Assembly: GCA_963816355.1 (NCBI GenBank)
Contig: CAWFKH010000005.1
Coordinates: forward strand, 64,001 to 128,000
Direction of reading: 5' to 3'
Length of the DNA stretch: 64,000 nt
Origin: an uncultured Gemmatimonadales bacterium
GTDB taxonomy: Bacteria; Gemmatimonadota; Gemmatimonadetes; Longimicrobiales; RSA9
This document shows, in pieces, positions 16,109-26,573 of this stretch (position 1 is the stretch's first letter; every line of letters starts with the position of its first letter). The translations under genes were made by a program, and so were the position numbers. The notes beneath the pieces were generated by a model. That model had not been told where the DNA came from, did no database searches, and saw only the letters and a list, made by a program, of their open reading frames with translations.

Positions 16109-17456
16109 GGTGGACCTCGACGGGGCCGAGGCCGAGATCCGCGAGCGGCTCCTCGATGGCGGCGGCGTCGCCGACGACGACGATCGCGAGGGCGTCGCCG
16201 CGCAGGTGCTCGGCGGCGACGCGGCGGACCTCGTCGGGCGAGACGGCGGCGATGCGGTCCCGGTAATGGTCGAAGTAGTCGTCGGGCAGCTCGTAGACGA
16301 CGACGTCGGCGAGGCGCGCTGCGAGCGCGTCGGTGGTCTGGAGCTGGAGCGGGAGGACGCCGACGAGGTAGTCGCGGGCGGCGTCGACCTCTTCCGCGGT
16401 CGGGCCGCCTTCGGCGAGGCCGCGGATCTCGTGGACGGCTTCGCGCACGGCGGCGGCGGTGACCTCGGTGGCGACGGCGACCTGGACGACGAAGGGACCG
16501 GGGCGCCGGCGCTGGGCGAAGTAGCTGCGCGCGCCGTAGGTGAAGCCGTGGCGCTCGCGCAGGCTCATGTTGAGACGGCTGGTGAAGGCGCCGCCGAGCA
16601 GCGTGTTCATGACGAGCAGCGGGAAGTAGTCCGGATGGCGGCGCTCGATGCCGACGTGGCCGATGCGGATCTCGGACTGCACGGCGCCGGGGCGATCGAC
16701 CACGAAGACCGAAGTGCGATCGACGGCGCCGTGGACCTCGAAACCGGCGCTCTCGGGGGCCGGCCCGCTCCAGTCGCCGAAATGGCGCTGGGCGAGGCGC
16801 TCCGCGTCGGCGGCCGCGATGTCGCCGACGAGCACGAGCGTCGAGCGCGCGGGACCGTAGTGCGCGCGGTGAAAGCGCCGCACGTGTTCCCGGTCGAACT
16901 CGCCCACCGCGGCGGCGGTGCCGAGCACCGGCCGCGCGTACGGCGTCTCGGGACGGAAGATGAAGCGGGCGGCCATGTCGCCGGCGAGCGCGCGCGGTTC
17001 CTTCTTGCGCTGCAGCAGGTCGGCGAGCTGCTCGTCGCGCAGGCGCACCACCTCGTCGGTAGGGAAGACCGGATCGCGCACGATCGCGGAGAAGAGCTGC
17101 AGCGCCGCGTCGAGCCGCTCGGTGGGAACGGTCACGCCCGCGACGACGGCGTCCCAGCCGACATCGACGCTCAGCTCGATGCCGAGGCGCTCCATCTCCC
17201 ACGCGACGTCGTCGGCGCTCAGCTCGCCGGTCCCCGCCTCGAGGGCCTCGCCGGTGAGGCGCGCCAGCCCCGCCTCGTGCGCGCCCTCGTACTCGGCGCC
17301 CGCGTCCACGATGAGCGCGGCCGTCACCAGCGGCAGGTCGCCGTGGGGCGCGCAGAGGAGCCGCAACCCGTTGGGCAGCTCGCCGCGCCTCACGTGCGGG
17401 AAGTCGAACGGGCGCACCGGCCCGGCCGGCGGCGCCTTCGTGCGGTCCACGCTCAT
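16098..17456 (-). CDS. M16B peptidase, non-catalytic subunit
   Basis: LPNGL, no HxxEH; NTLLGGAFTSRLNMSLRERHGFTYG (R/Y substrate-binding motif); ATGA coupling to its partner. Confidence 0.9.
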   Translation of the reverse strand: MSVDRTKAPPAGPVRPFDFPHVRRGELPNGLRLLCAPHGDLPLVTAALIVDAGAEYEGAHEAGLARLTGEALEAGTGELSADDVAWEMERLGIELSVDVGWDAVVAGVTVPTERLDAALQLFSAIVRDPVFPTDEVVRLRDEQLADLLQRKKEPRALAGDMAARFIFRPETPYARPVLGTAAAVGEFDREHVRRFHRAHYGPARSTLVLVGDIAAADAERLAQRHFGDWSGPAPESAGFEVHGAVDRTSVFVVDRPGAVQSEIRIGHVGIERRHPDYFPLLVMNTLLGGAFTSRLNMSLRERHGFTYGARSYFAQRRRPGPFVVQVAVATEVTAAAVREAVHEIRGLAEGGPTAEEVDAARDYLVGVLPLQLQTTDALAARLADVVVYELPDDYFDHYRDRIAAVSPDEVRRVAAEHLRGDALAIVVVGDAAAIEEPLADLGLGPVEVHHVD

Positions 17457-18733
17457 TGACCCCCTCCCGCCGCCTGGGGCACGTAGACGAGCGTGGCGCG
17501 GTTGCCTTCCCCCAGGTAGCCTTCCGCGAAGCGGCGCACGTCGGCCGGCGTCACGGCGCGGACACGGTCCAGCTCCGTGTTGATCCGTTCCGGCTGGTCG
17601 AACAGCATCGTGTACATCGAGAGCTGGTCGGCACGCTCGTCCATGCGCTGCAGCTCGATCAGCTGCCGCGACTCGATCAGGTTGACCGCGCGCTCGACGT
17701 CGCCGTCGGAAGCGCCGGCCACCGCCGCGACCTCGTCCTTCAACGCCATCTCCAGGGCGGCCGCGTCGACGCCCGGACGCGCGGTCGCCCATGCGACGAA
17801 CATGCCGGCGCCCACGACGATCGGGAACGCGAACGCGACCACGTCCTGGGCCAGGCGCCGCTGCCGCAGCAGCGAACGGTAGAGGTGCGATGCCTTGCCC
17901 CACGCCAGGACGTGGGCGGCGACCGCCGCGGCGTAGTAGTCCGGGTGGCCGTAGGGCGGAACGCGGTAGCCGACGTAGATGCGGGGCAGCGAGATGTCCT
18001 GGCGCAGCTCGATGCGGCTGTCCGCGCCGATCGTCCGCGCGATCTCGGTGCGGCCCGGAATCGGCGGCACGGGCGGACCGGCGGCGATCTCTGCGAAGTA
18101 GCGCTCGACGAGCGGCATGGTGCGCTCGGGATCCACGTCGCCCGCCAGCGTCAGCACGGCGTTGTTGGGCGCGTAGTAGGTGCGGAAGAAGTCCTCGACG
18201 TCGTCCAGGCTCGCGGCGTCCAGGTCCTCCATCGAGCCGATGACCGAATGGTGGTAGGGGTGCTCCGGCGGGAAGATCATCTCCTGCATCCGCTCGTCCC
18301 AGTCCCCGTACGGCTGGTTGTCGACGCGCCAGCGCCGCTCGTTCTTCACCACGTCGCGCTGATTGTCCAGCTTCTCCTGCGTCATCGCGGACAGCAGCCA
18401 TCCCATGCGGTCCGACTCGAGCCACAGGCCCAGCTCGAGGTAGTTCGCCGGCAGCGTCTCGTAGTAGTTCGTCCGGTCGAGCCACGTCGAGCCGTTCAGC
18501 GAGCCGCCCGCCTTCTCGATCAACGCGAAATGGGCGCTCTCCGGTACGTGCCCCGAGCCCTGGAACATCATGTGCTCGAAGAGGTGAGCGAAGCCGGTCC
18601 GTCCCTCCCGCTCGTTCCGCGACCCCACGCCGTACCAGAGGTTGATCGCCACCACCGGATTGCCGGCATCCGGCGACAGCACGACGCGCAGGCCGTTGTC
18701 GAGGCGGAACCGTTCTATCGGTATTTCGATCAC
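17453..18733 (-). CDS. M16B zinc peptidase, catalytic subunit
   Basis: LDNGL...VGSRNE..GRTGFAHLFEHMMFQGS (HxxEH); NGST..DRTNY; LESDRM. Confidence 0.95.
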   Translation of the reverse strand: MIEIPIERFRLDNGLRVVLSPDAGNPVVAINLWYGVGSRNEREGRTGFAHLFEHMMFQGSGHVPESAHFALIEKAGGSLNGSTWLDRTNYYETLPANYLELGLWLESDRMGWLLSAMTQEKLDNQRDVVKNERRWRVDNQPYGDWDERMQEMIFPPEHPYHHSVIGSMEDLDAASLDDVEDFFRTYYAPNNAVLTLAGDVDPERTMPLVERYFAEIAAGPPVPPIPGRTEIARTIGADSRIELRQDISLPRIYVGYRVPPYGHPDYYAAAVAAHVLAWGKASHLYRSLLRQRRLAQDVVAFAFPIVVGAGMFVAWATARPGVDAAALEMALKDEVAAVAGASDGDVERAVNLIESRQLIELQRMDERADQLSMYTMLFDQPERINTELDRVRAVTPADVRRFAEGYLGEGNRATLVYVPQAAGGGQ

Positions 18734-18777
18734 ACTGTCTCCACGCAGGCGCCGCAGTCGGCGGCGACCGCTTCGGT

Positions 18778-19611
18778 TCAGAGTGGATGCATCAGCCGCT
18801 CGTGCAGCATGCTCGGAGCCACGGTCTCCGACAGCATGGCGCGGGCGGCGTCTGCGCCTTCGTCGACGCGGTGTTCTGCCTGATCGAGCAGGGTACGGTC
18901 CGAGCCTTCCACCACGTAGGCGGCGCGCGCGAGAAGCGTCCGCGCCGCGTCGTCCCAGCCGGCCGCCGCGGATGCGAGCGCGGCCGCGATCTGGACCTCC
19001 GCGTCGTCCTCGCGCGCCTCCGCTGCCCGGAACAGGTCCTCGGCGGCGCCTTCGATCTCGCCCTGCTCCAGCTGAATCAGGCCGAGGAGCACACGGTTCC
19101 AGGAGTCCTCCGGCGCCAGCGCGAGCGCCGCCTCGAGCTCGCGCGCCGCCGCCGCGACGTCGCCCTTCAGCGCGTGCGCCGTCGCGAGCTCACCGTGCAC
19201 CGTCGGATCCTCCGGCGCGAGCGCCAGCGCCTCCTCGAGCTGCTCCATCGCCTCCGCGAAGAGGCCCTGGCGGGCGAGAAAGGCGCCGTACTGCAGCCGC
19301 GTCGCGGGCAGATCCGGACCGGTGAGCACCGCGGCGCGCAGAGCGGTGCCGGCATCCGGGTCGTCGAACGCTGCGAGGCCGGAGCCGGCGAGGGCGAGAA
19401 GGTGCGGATCGAGCGGATCGGTCGCGAGACAGCGCTTGAAATATTCGTACGCTGCACCCTCATTGTCCAGTTCCCGTTCCGCGACACCGAGCCAACATAG
19501 CAGATAAGGATCCTCCGGATCCTCGCGGAGCGCGCCGGCGAGCAACTCGGCCATCTCCTGCCAGCGGCCTTCGTCGCCCAGCGCGAGCGCCTGCCGTAGG
19601 ACTTCCTCCAT
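18778..19611 (-). CDS. Tetratricopeptide repeat protein
   Basis: Repeated 34-aa patterns (LG......G..A...F...L..DP.D). Confidence 0.85.
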   Translation of the reverse strand: MEEVLRQALALGDEGRWQEMAELLAGALREDPEDPYLLCWLGVAERELDNEGAAYEYFKRCLATDPLDPHLLALAGSGLAAFDDPDAGTALRAAVLTGPDLPATRLQYGAFLARQGLFAEAMEQLEEALALAPEDPTVHGELATAHALKGDVAAAARELEAALALAPEDSWNRVLLGLIQLEQGEIEGAAEDLFRAAEAREDDAEVQIAAALASAAAGWDDAARTLLARAAYVVEGSDRTLLDQAEHRVDEGADAARAMLSETVAPSMLHERLMHPL

Positions 19612-19612
19612 G

Positions 19613-20821
19613 CTACGCTCCGTACTTCGCGAGCCGCCGCGCATGCGCCAGCGCGAGCGTCATCAGGTGCTTCGCCGGGAAACGACCGAGTTCGCCGCGC
19701 ATGCAGTCGCGCTCGCCGAAACCGGCGACGCCCGCCGGCCTCGTCCACGGCGACGCGAGCAGCAGCGGCACCGGATGCCACGAGTGTGCCCGCATGCGCG
19801 ACGGCGTCGAATGGTCCCCCGTCACGATCAGCACGTCCGGCTCCAGCGCTTCGATGCGCGGCAGCAGCGCATCCACCGCCTCGATCGCCCCCACCTTGGC
19901 GTCGAAATCCCCGTCCTCACCCCGCGAATCGGTGTACTTGAAGTGGATGAAGTGGAAGTCGAAGGCGGTGTACGTCTCTGCCAGACGGCTCACGCTGTCC
20001 GCGTCCGCGACCGGCGTCGGCTGGATCTCCATGCCCACCAGCCGCGCCACGCCCCGGTACATCGGATAGCGCGCGATCGCCGAAGCGCGCAGCCGGTAGC
20101 GCTCCGCGAAGGTCGGATAGCGCACGTGTGCCGCGAACCCGCGCGCCAGCACGCCGTTCGCCGCCGGCTCCTCTCGCAGCGCCTCCCGCGCCGTGTCCAG
20201 AACCTCCTGGACGATGCCCGCCGTCGACGCCGCCGACTCCGCCGTCGCCCGCACCGGCAGCGGCGGCACGCCCGTCTCCTGCGGGTCCGTGTCCCCCAAC
20301 TCCGCCGACAGCCCCTCCCCCCGCAGCACCATCACCAGCCGGTGCTCCTTCTCCGGCTCGAAGAAGAGCTCCACCCCCGCCGGCGCCGACACCCGCTCCC
20401 GCAGCACCTCCACCAGGCGACGGTTCTCCGCGTCCGATGGCCGCCCCGCCCGGCGGTCCACGATGCGACCCGTCGCGTCCAGCGTCGCGAAGTTCAGCCG
20501 CGCCGCGACGTCGCCGTGCCGCAGGTCGAAATCGACGCCCAGCGCGCTCAGCACGCCCCGCCCGATGTTCCAGCGCAGCGGGTCGTAGCCGAACAACGCG
20601 AGGTGGCCCGGCCCGCTCCCCGGCGAGATGCCCAGGCCCACGGGGTCGGACAGGCCCACCGCACCCCGCCGCGACAGGCGGTCCAGGTTCGGCGTGCGCG
20701 CCGTCTCGAGCTCCGTACGCCCCGTCTCCGGTGAGGGAAGGCCGCCCAGACCGTCCGCCACACACAGCACGATGCGCGTCTCGCCGGACTCGACGAGATC
20801 GTCCGGCAGGTTTTTCTTCAA
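19613..20821 (-). CDS. apgM: 2,3-bisphosphoglycerate-independent phosphoglycerate mutase, ApgM type
   Basis: DGLGG...TELETARTPNLD...PGSGPGHLALFGYDP...DRRAGR...TGDHSTP...HSWHPVP; TTG start with GGAGG RBS. Confidence 0.9.
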   Translation of the reverse strand: MKKNLPDDLVESGETRIVLCVADGLGGLPSPETGRTELETARTPNLDRLSRRGAVGLSDPVGLGISPGSGPGHLALFGYDPLRWNIGRGVLSALGVDFDLRHGDVAARLNFATLDATGRIVDRRAGRPSDAENRRLVEVLRERVSAPAGVELFFEPEKEHRLVMVLRGEGLSAELGDTDPQETGVPPLPVRATAESAASTAGIVQEVLDTAREALREEPAANGVLARGFAAHVRYPTFAERYRLRASAIARYPMYRGVARLVGMEIQPTPVADADSVSRLAETYTAFDFHFIHFKYTDSRGEDGDFDAKVGAIEAVDALLPRIEALEPDVLIVTGDHSTPSRMRAHSWHPVPLLLASPWTRPAGVAGFGERDCMRGELGRFPAKHLMTLALAHARRLAKYGA

Positions 20822-21033
20822 AACGCCTCCACAACGATGCACCGCCCGCCCCCGCGGAGCGGACGGTCTATTTTCGCGGCCGGTACTCCGGACCGGCCGT
20901 GCAATACGACTCCGAATTGTCGAGCCCTGCCTCGCTCGACGCAAGCTCGTCGTGCGAAGAGTGCATAGCAATATGGGACGATGGTCGCCGGTGCGGCCTG
21001 GACCGGCCCGGCTGTCGCGCGTATGCTCACGGC

Positions 21034-22155
21034 ATGAGAGACACGTTTATCGCCTTCGATCTCGAGCGGTGGCAGTCGACCTGGGAGAACCGGGTCGCGG
21101 TCAACCTGGCGGAGAGCGGAGTGCACCCGGTGACGGTCGGCGAGCTGCTGGAGCTGGCCGGCGCGGAGGTGTCGCAGCTCGAGGAGGTGCGGCTCGGCTA
21201 CGGCTGGGCGAACGGCACGGCGACGCTGCGGGAGCGGATCGCGGCGCTGTACGGGGGCGGCGTGGGCGGGGATCGGATCGCGGTGACGAACGGGAGCGCG
21301 GAGGCGAACTTCGTCGCGCTGTGGGAGCTGGTGGAGCGGGAGGGAGACGCGGCGATCGTGCTGCCGGCGTACATGCAGTCGCCGGGCGTGGTGCAGATGC
21401 TCGGGGGGCGGGTTCGGGAGGTGTGGCTGCGGGAGGAGCTGGGCTGGCAGCCGGACCCGGACGAGCTGCGGCGGGCGGTGGGCGAGAAGACGCGTGTCGT
21501 GGTGGTGACGAACCCGGTGAATCCGACGGGGACGGTTCTGACGGCGGAGTCGCGGCGGGCGGTGGTGGAGGCGGCGGCGCGGGTGGGCGCGTGGATCCTG
21601 GCGGACGAGGTGTACGCGGGTGCGGAGCTGGAGGGGGAGCGGACGCCGTCGTTCCTGGGGGAGGCGGAGCGGGTGGTCGCGACCGGGTCGCTGTCGAAGG
21701 CGTACGGCCTGCCGGGGCTGCGGCTGGGGTGGGCGGCGTCGGACGCGGCGACGGCGGAGCGGCTGTGGGCGCGCACCGACTACACCACGATCTCGCACGG
21801 TCCGCTGACGGAGCGGTTGGCGACGCTGGCGCTCGAGGCGACGACGCGGGATCGGCTGCTTGCGCGCACGCGCGCCCTGCTGCGCTCGAACCTGGAGGTC
21901 GTCGCGCGCACGCTGGGCCATCGGGGTGTGCGCTACCGGACGCCGGACGCCGGTGCGATCCTCTGGCTCGGCTACGACGCCGACGTGTCGTCGGGAGCGT
22001 TGGCGGAGCGGCTGCTGCGCGAGGAGGACGTGCTGGTGGCGCCGGGTTCGCAGTTCCTCGTGGACGGTTTTCTCCGCATCGGCTACGGCGCGGAGCCGCG
22101 GGCGCTCGAGGAAGGGCTGCGGCGCCTGCGCCGGCTGCTCGACGACGTCGGCTGA
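21034..22155 (+). CDS. Aminotransferase class I/II (PLP)
   Basis: NLAESGV...TNPVNPTG...DEVY...GSLSKAYGLPGLRLGW...LRIGYG. Confidence 0.92.
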   Translation: MRDTFIAFDLERWQSTWENRVAVNLAESGVHPVTVGELLELAGAEVSQLEEVRLGYGWANGTATLRERIAALYGGGVGGDRIAVTNGSAEANFVALWELVEREGDAAIVLPAYMQSPGVVQMLGGRVREVWLREELGWQPDPDELRRAVGEKTRVVVVTNPVNPTGTVLTAESRRAVVEAAARVGAWILADEVYAGAELEGERTPSFLGEAERVVATGSLSKAYGLPGLRLGWAASDAATAERLWARTDYTTISHGPLTERLATLALEATTRDRLLARTRALLRSNLEVVARTLGHRGVRYRTPDAGAILWLGYDADVSSGALAERLLREEDVLVAPGSQFLVDGFLRIGYGAEPRALEEGLRRLRRLLDDVG

Positions 22156-22242
22156 GCGGCGGCGGGGCACGTCGCTTGCGCGGGGTCGCGGAGGCAAGCG
22201 CGGCCGCCCTTCGCGCTCACCGTCGTCGACCCCGGAGGACGA

Positions 22243-22617
22243 GTGGCGAGGATTCTGATCGTGGAGGACAATCCGACCCTCCTCGACGTGCTCGAGAGCG
22301 TGCTCGCGGAGCGGCACGAGGTGCGGACGGCGGGGCGCGGCGACGTCGCCCTGGTGGTGGCGCGGGAGTTCGTCCCCGAGCTGGTGGTGCTCGACCTGAA
22401 CCTGCCCGGCGTCTCGGGCGTGCTGATCGGCGGCTACATCAAGCGGGAGGCGGAGCCGCGGCGGGTCCCGATCCTGGCGCTCAGCGCGCTGGCGCAGTTC
22501 GTCGAGGAGGAGGACCTGATCGGCAGCGGCTGCTGCGACGCCTTCCTCGCGAAGCCGGCGCCGCTCGGCGCCATCGAGTCGAAGGTGGAGGAGCTGCTCG
22601 CGGGGTCGCGCGCGTGA
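22243..22617 (+). CDS. Single-domain response regulator (receiver)
   Basis: GGAGG RBS plus GTG; ILIVEDN...VLDLNLP.VSG...PILALSA...FLAKP. Confidence 0.9.
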   Translation: MARILIVEDNPTLLDVLESVLAERHEVRTAGRGDVALVVAREFVPELVVLDLNLPGVSGVLIGGYIKREAEPRRVPILALSALAQFVEEEDLIGSGCCDAFLAKPAPLGAIESKVEELLAGSRA

Positions 22618-23606
22618 AGGGAGGACGCGCGGCGAAGCCGCGTCGCATGGGACTGCTGTCCGGCGTCGGCTCCTCCGGCGCGCTCGCCGAGCGTCGCACG
22701 TTCCCCTACGCCGCGGGGGACCGCATCGCGGGCGACCTGACGGTGATCGGCCACCTCGCCGTCGGCCGCCTGGGGCACCTGTACCAGGTGTGGAGCGCCG
22801 GCGAGTGGTGCCCGTACACGTGCAAGATCCTCGATCCGGACCAGCGCGACGACCGCCGAGCCCCCGCGGCGCTGCGCCGCGAAGCACGCATCCTGCGACG
22901 GCTCCACCACCCGAACATCGTGCGCAGCTATCGCGAAGGCGACCACGACGGTCTGCCGTTCCTGCTGCTGGAGTACCTCGACGGTCCTTCCATCTTCGAC
23001 GTGCTGGAGGATCGCTCCGAACGGCGGCTCGAAGTGATCGACGCGGTGCGCACCGCCATCCACGTCGGTGCGGGCCTCTACCACCTGCATCGCCACGGCT
23101 ACCTGCACCTCGACCTGAAGCCCGCCAACCTGCTGCTGCGCGGGCGCATGCCGGTCCTGGTCGACTTCGACGCGGCACGCCGGCGCGACTCCGAGCGGCG
23201 CCCCGCCGACACGCTGGGCACGGCCCCGTACATGGCGCCCGAGCAGGTGCTGCGTGAGCCGCCCACGGAGGCCGCGGACGTGTACGGCCTCGCCGCCGTG
23301 CTGTACGAGATGATCACCGGCCGCTGGCCGTTCGAGGACGTCTACAGCGAGCGCGAGGCGCGGCCGGGCGAGGAGCGGCAGCATCCGCAGCTCGGCGAGG
23401 CGCCGCCGCCGCCGCCGCGGCGCTACTGCGAGGGGATGAGCGAGGACCTCAGCGACTTCATCGTCGCCTGCCTCGACCGCGACCCCGGCCGGCGGCCGGC
23501 GTCGATGCACCCGGTCCTGCTGGAGCTGAGCCGCCACCTCGACGACCCGGTCGCGTTCTGGCCGGACGGGGTCACCACCGAGCGGCGGCGCCGCCCGCGC
23601 GAGTAA
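22614..23606 (+). CDS. Hanks-type Ser/Thr protein kinase, soluble (start may be ATG 22647)
   Basis: CKIL, REARIL..LHHPNIV, HLDLKPANLL, DFDAA, GTAPYMAPE, DVYGL..VLYEMITG..PF, DPGRRP. Confidence 0.9.
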   Translation: MKGGRAAKPRRMGLLSGVGSSGALAERRTFPYAAGDRIAGDLTVIGHLAVGRLGHLYQVWSAGEWCPYTCKILDPDQRDDRRAPAALRREARILRRLHHPNIVRSYREGDHDGLPFLLLEYLDGPSIFDVLEDRSERRLEVIDAVRTAIHVGAGLYHLHRHGYLHLDLKPANLLLRGRMPVLVDFDAARRRDSERRPADTLGTAPYMAPEQVLREPPTEAADVYGLAAVLYEMITGRWPFEDVYSEREARPGEERQHPQLGEAPPPPPRRYCEGMSEDLSDFIVACLDRDPGRRPASMHPVLLELSRHLDDPVAFWPDGVTTERRRRPRE

Positions 23607-23630
23607 GGGGCGGCGGACGGCGCCCGCCGG

Positions 23631-25473
23631 TCAGCCGCCGATGTCGGTGCGAATCGGCGTCGGGCGGCCGTTCAGCTCGCGCGTGTTGTTGCTGGGGTCG
23701 ACGTCGAGGAGGTCGTGGTCCGGATCGAGCGTGACGAGGTGCGGCGGGTCTGGGGTGACGACGTCGATCGACTGGCGGATGTCGTGGGAATCCAGAATGG
23801 CGCCGGACGTCGTTGACCTGGAGGGTGACCGGCATCCACGCGCCGCCCTGGCGCAGGACCTCGACGCGGGTGAGCCAGCGGCCGTCGGGGAGGTGGACGA
23901 TGACGGCGTCGCCGATGCCGTAGTCGAGTTGCGCGGTGGTGTGCAGCCATTCGTGGAAGAACCAGCCGAGGTCCTGACCGCTCGCGCGCTCCATCGCGTG
24001 TCGCAGGTCCTCCTCCTCGACGTGGCGGAACCGGTTGTCGAGGGAGTAGCGGAGCAGGCCCTTGCGGAAGGCGTCCTCGCCGATCAACTGGCGCAGCATG
24101 TAGAGGACGACGGACCCTTTCGTGTACGACATCGCGTTGTAGGTCGAGAAGTCCACGAAGTCGGCGGCAGGCGTGTCGACCGGCTGAGTCCGCCCGGCGG
24201 CCTCGCGCTCCGCGAGATCACGAAGCGACCGCAGCCAGATGTCCGGGCGGTCGTGCTCCTCCCAGAACCAGTTGGTGAGGAAGCTCGCGAAGCCTTCGTC
24301 GAGCCACGCTTCCTTCCACTCGTTGCTGGCCAGGATCCCCATCATCCACTGGTGCGCGAACTCGTGGGTGATGGTGCCCTGTGACGCCCCGCCGTTCATG
24401 ACCAGCATCGGGAATTCGGTCGCGCCTCGCTCGATGCGGTGGACGTTGGTGATCTGCGGGTACGGGTAGGGGCCGAGCACGCCCTGCAGCCAATCCAGCG
24501 CCGTGCGCGACCGGTCAAGCGCCTTCCCGCCCGCCCACGAGGTGTCGCCCGGCTGGTAGAGGACGTGGATCAGGATGCTGCCGGAGCCGCCGGGCCCCGT
24601 CCGCGCGGCGGTGCCCGCCTCGTAGATGTAGGCGGGGTCCGCGCTCCACGCGAAGTGGTGCACGTCCTCCGCGCGCCAACGCACGCGCTTGCGGCCGTCC
24701 GCCGCGGAGCTCGCGAGCAGGCCGAGCGATTCGGGCTCGGGCGCGGGATAGGCGTCCGCCGCCTCGGCCACGGTGTCGCCCGCGGGGTCGGCGACGGCGG
24801 CCGCCGCCCAGCCGGGATCGCCATTGGCCGGAACGCCGGTGGCGCCGATCACCTGATCGGCGGCGACGTCGAGCGTCACGTCCCAGCTCGCGAACTCGCC
24901 GTAGAACTCACCCTGCGGCAGGAGCGGATGCCATTCCCATCCGTGGCGGTCGTAGGCGGCAATGCGGGGATACCACTGCGCGAAGTCGTAATGGCGGCCG
25001 CGCCGGCCCTGGCGGCGCGGCACGACCGACGGCCGCGCGTCCCAGTCCATGTCGACCACCACGCTGTCGCCCGGCTCGAGCGGCGACGGCAGCGGGATGG
25101 CGGCGACGGTCGAGTCCGGCGACAGCGGATAGACCGGCTCGATGCGCTGGCCCGCGACGGCGACGCGGGTGAAGCGCTCGTAGCCCCACTCGCCGGGGCC
25201 GAGGTTCTGGAAGCGGAATTCGCCGAACTCCGCCTCCCGCTTCGCCCACAGGCTGTTGGGGCGGAAGGCGTTCAGGTACTGGTGGACGTAGAGGGTGTCG
25301 AGCGCGACGGGCGCGTGGTTCGCATAGCGCAGGCGGGCGCGGCCGTGCAGCACCTGAGCGGAGTCGTCGAGCCTCGCCTCGATGCGGTAGGAGACGCCCT
25401 GGCGGAAGGCGGTCGTGTCCGGTGCCGCGGCACGGAGACCCGCCGCCGCGAGCACCGCCAGCAGCAGCGTCAT
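23631..25473 (-). CDS. M1 family metallo-aminopeptidase with a +1 frameshift near 23799 (error or pseudogene)
   Basis: Signal peptide; AQWYPRIAAYD; GATEFP; HEFAHQW..18..E (WLDEGF); SYTKG. Conserved-looking C-terminus VTLDPDHDLLDVDPSNN lies in another frame; span is 1843 nt (3n+1). Confidence 0.85.
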
Positions 25474-26573
25474 CCGACGCCGCCCCCGTGGCTCCCCGCG
25501 CCGCCGCCGGCCGTGGTGTCCGCCGGCTCCACCGGCTTCCCGATCAGCGGCGGCGGCGAAACGCGCGCGCGCAGAAGGCGACCGTTCACGCGGATCGTCT
25601 TGCTGGCGGAGGCAGCCGCGGCGGCGACGGGGCCGGCCGCGTCGTCGGTCACCGGAATCGCGCCGGCCGCGACTGCGGCGCCGACGAGCGGCGGCTCGTC
25701 GGAGCGCGCGGCGAGGATGCGCTCGGCGGCGGCGCCGTAGACGTAGCGGCCGGCGCCGTCGACCGCGGTGGCCGGAAGGCGGTGCGTCGTTTCGAAGGCG
25801 AGATAGCCGTTTCGCAGGTTGGTCCAGAAGGCACGCAGCGCCGGATCCGGATACTCCCGGCGGAGCCACTCCATGCCGCGCCGGTCGAGGCGGGTCGGGA
25901 AGATGTCGACCGGGATCGAGCGCTGACCCGCGGCGCGCGCCTCCACCGCGAGCCAGTAGATCTCCTCGATCTGCGCATCCGTCATCGGAACGCAGCCGAT
26001 CGTCTTGCAGCCGCCGTGGATGAAGATGTCACCGCCGGTCGGCGCGCCGCCGCTGCGCACGAGGTCGGCGCGGTTCGGATAGTCGATGCCGAGCGAGAGA
26101 TGGTACTCGCTCGTCGGGTTGAAATAGGAGATGTGGTAGAAGCCCTCCGGCACCTGGTAGTCGCCGCGGCGTCGCTTCGGTCCCATCTCGCCGGAGAGGA
26201 CGCACATCGGGTAGCGCCGGAAGAGCGTGAAACGATCGCTGCCGGTGGGGCGAACCCACACCTCGACCTCCCGCTCCCGCTTGAACACACGCAGGAAGAC
26301 GCCCGCGGGTGGATACGGGATTCCGCGCTCGCGGAACGCGGCGATCAGCGGACCGCGCCGCGCGGCCATCGCCTCGCGCACGCGCCGATACGCCAGCTGC
26401 CGCTCCATGAAGCCGGGCGACGGCGCGACGGAGCGCGCGAACGACGACGGCGCCGGGTCCCGCGCCGACGAGGGCCCCTGCGCCGCGGCCGGCGCGGGCC
26501 TCACGAGCAGGAAGAACGACAGGAGCAGGAACGACAAGCGTACGAGGCGCGGCGGTATGGGCTCGACGGTCAT
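25470..26573 (-). CDS. L,D-transpeptidase family protein (YafK/DpaA-like)
   Basis: LRVFKRE.E.EVW...GPK...GD.QVPEGFY....NP.S.YHLSLGIDYPN..D...GGDIFIHGGCKTIGC. Confidence 0.9.
   Translation of the reverse strand: MTVEPIPPRLVRLSFLLLSFFLLVRPAPAAAQGPSSARDPAPSSFARSVAPSPGFMERQLAYRRVREAMAARRGPLIAAFRERGIPYPPAGVFLRVFKREREVEVWVRPTGSDRFTLFRRYPMCVLSGEMGPKRRRGDYQVPEGFYHISYFNPTSEYHLSLGIDYPNRADLVRSGGAPTGGDIFIHGGCKTIGCVPMTDAQIEEIYWLAVEARAAGQRSIPVDIFPTRLDRRGMEWLRREYPDPALRAFWTNLRNGYLAFETTHRLPATAVDGAGRYVYGAAAERILAARSDEPPLVGAAVAAGAIPVTDDAAGPVAAAAASASKTIRVNGRLLRARVSPPPLIGKPVEPADTTAGGGAGSHGGGVG

Noticed and set aside
16098..18733. M16 peptidase pair with one inactive subunit as a novelty
   Set aside because: Heterodimeric M16B pairs are well known and widespread.
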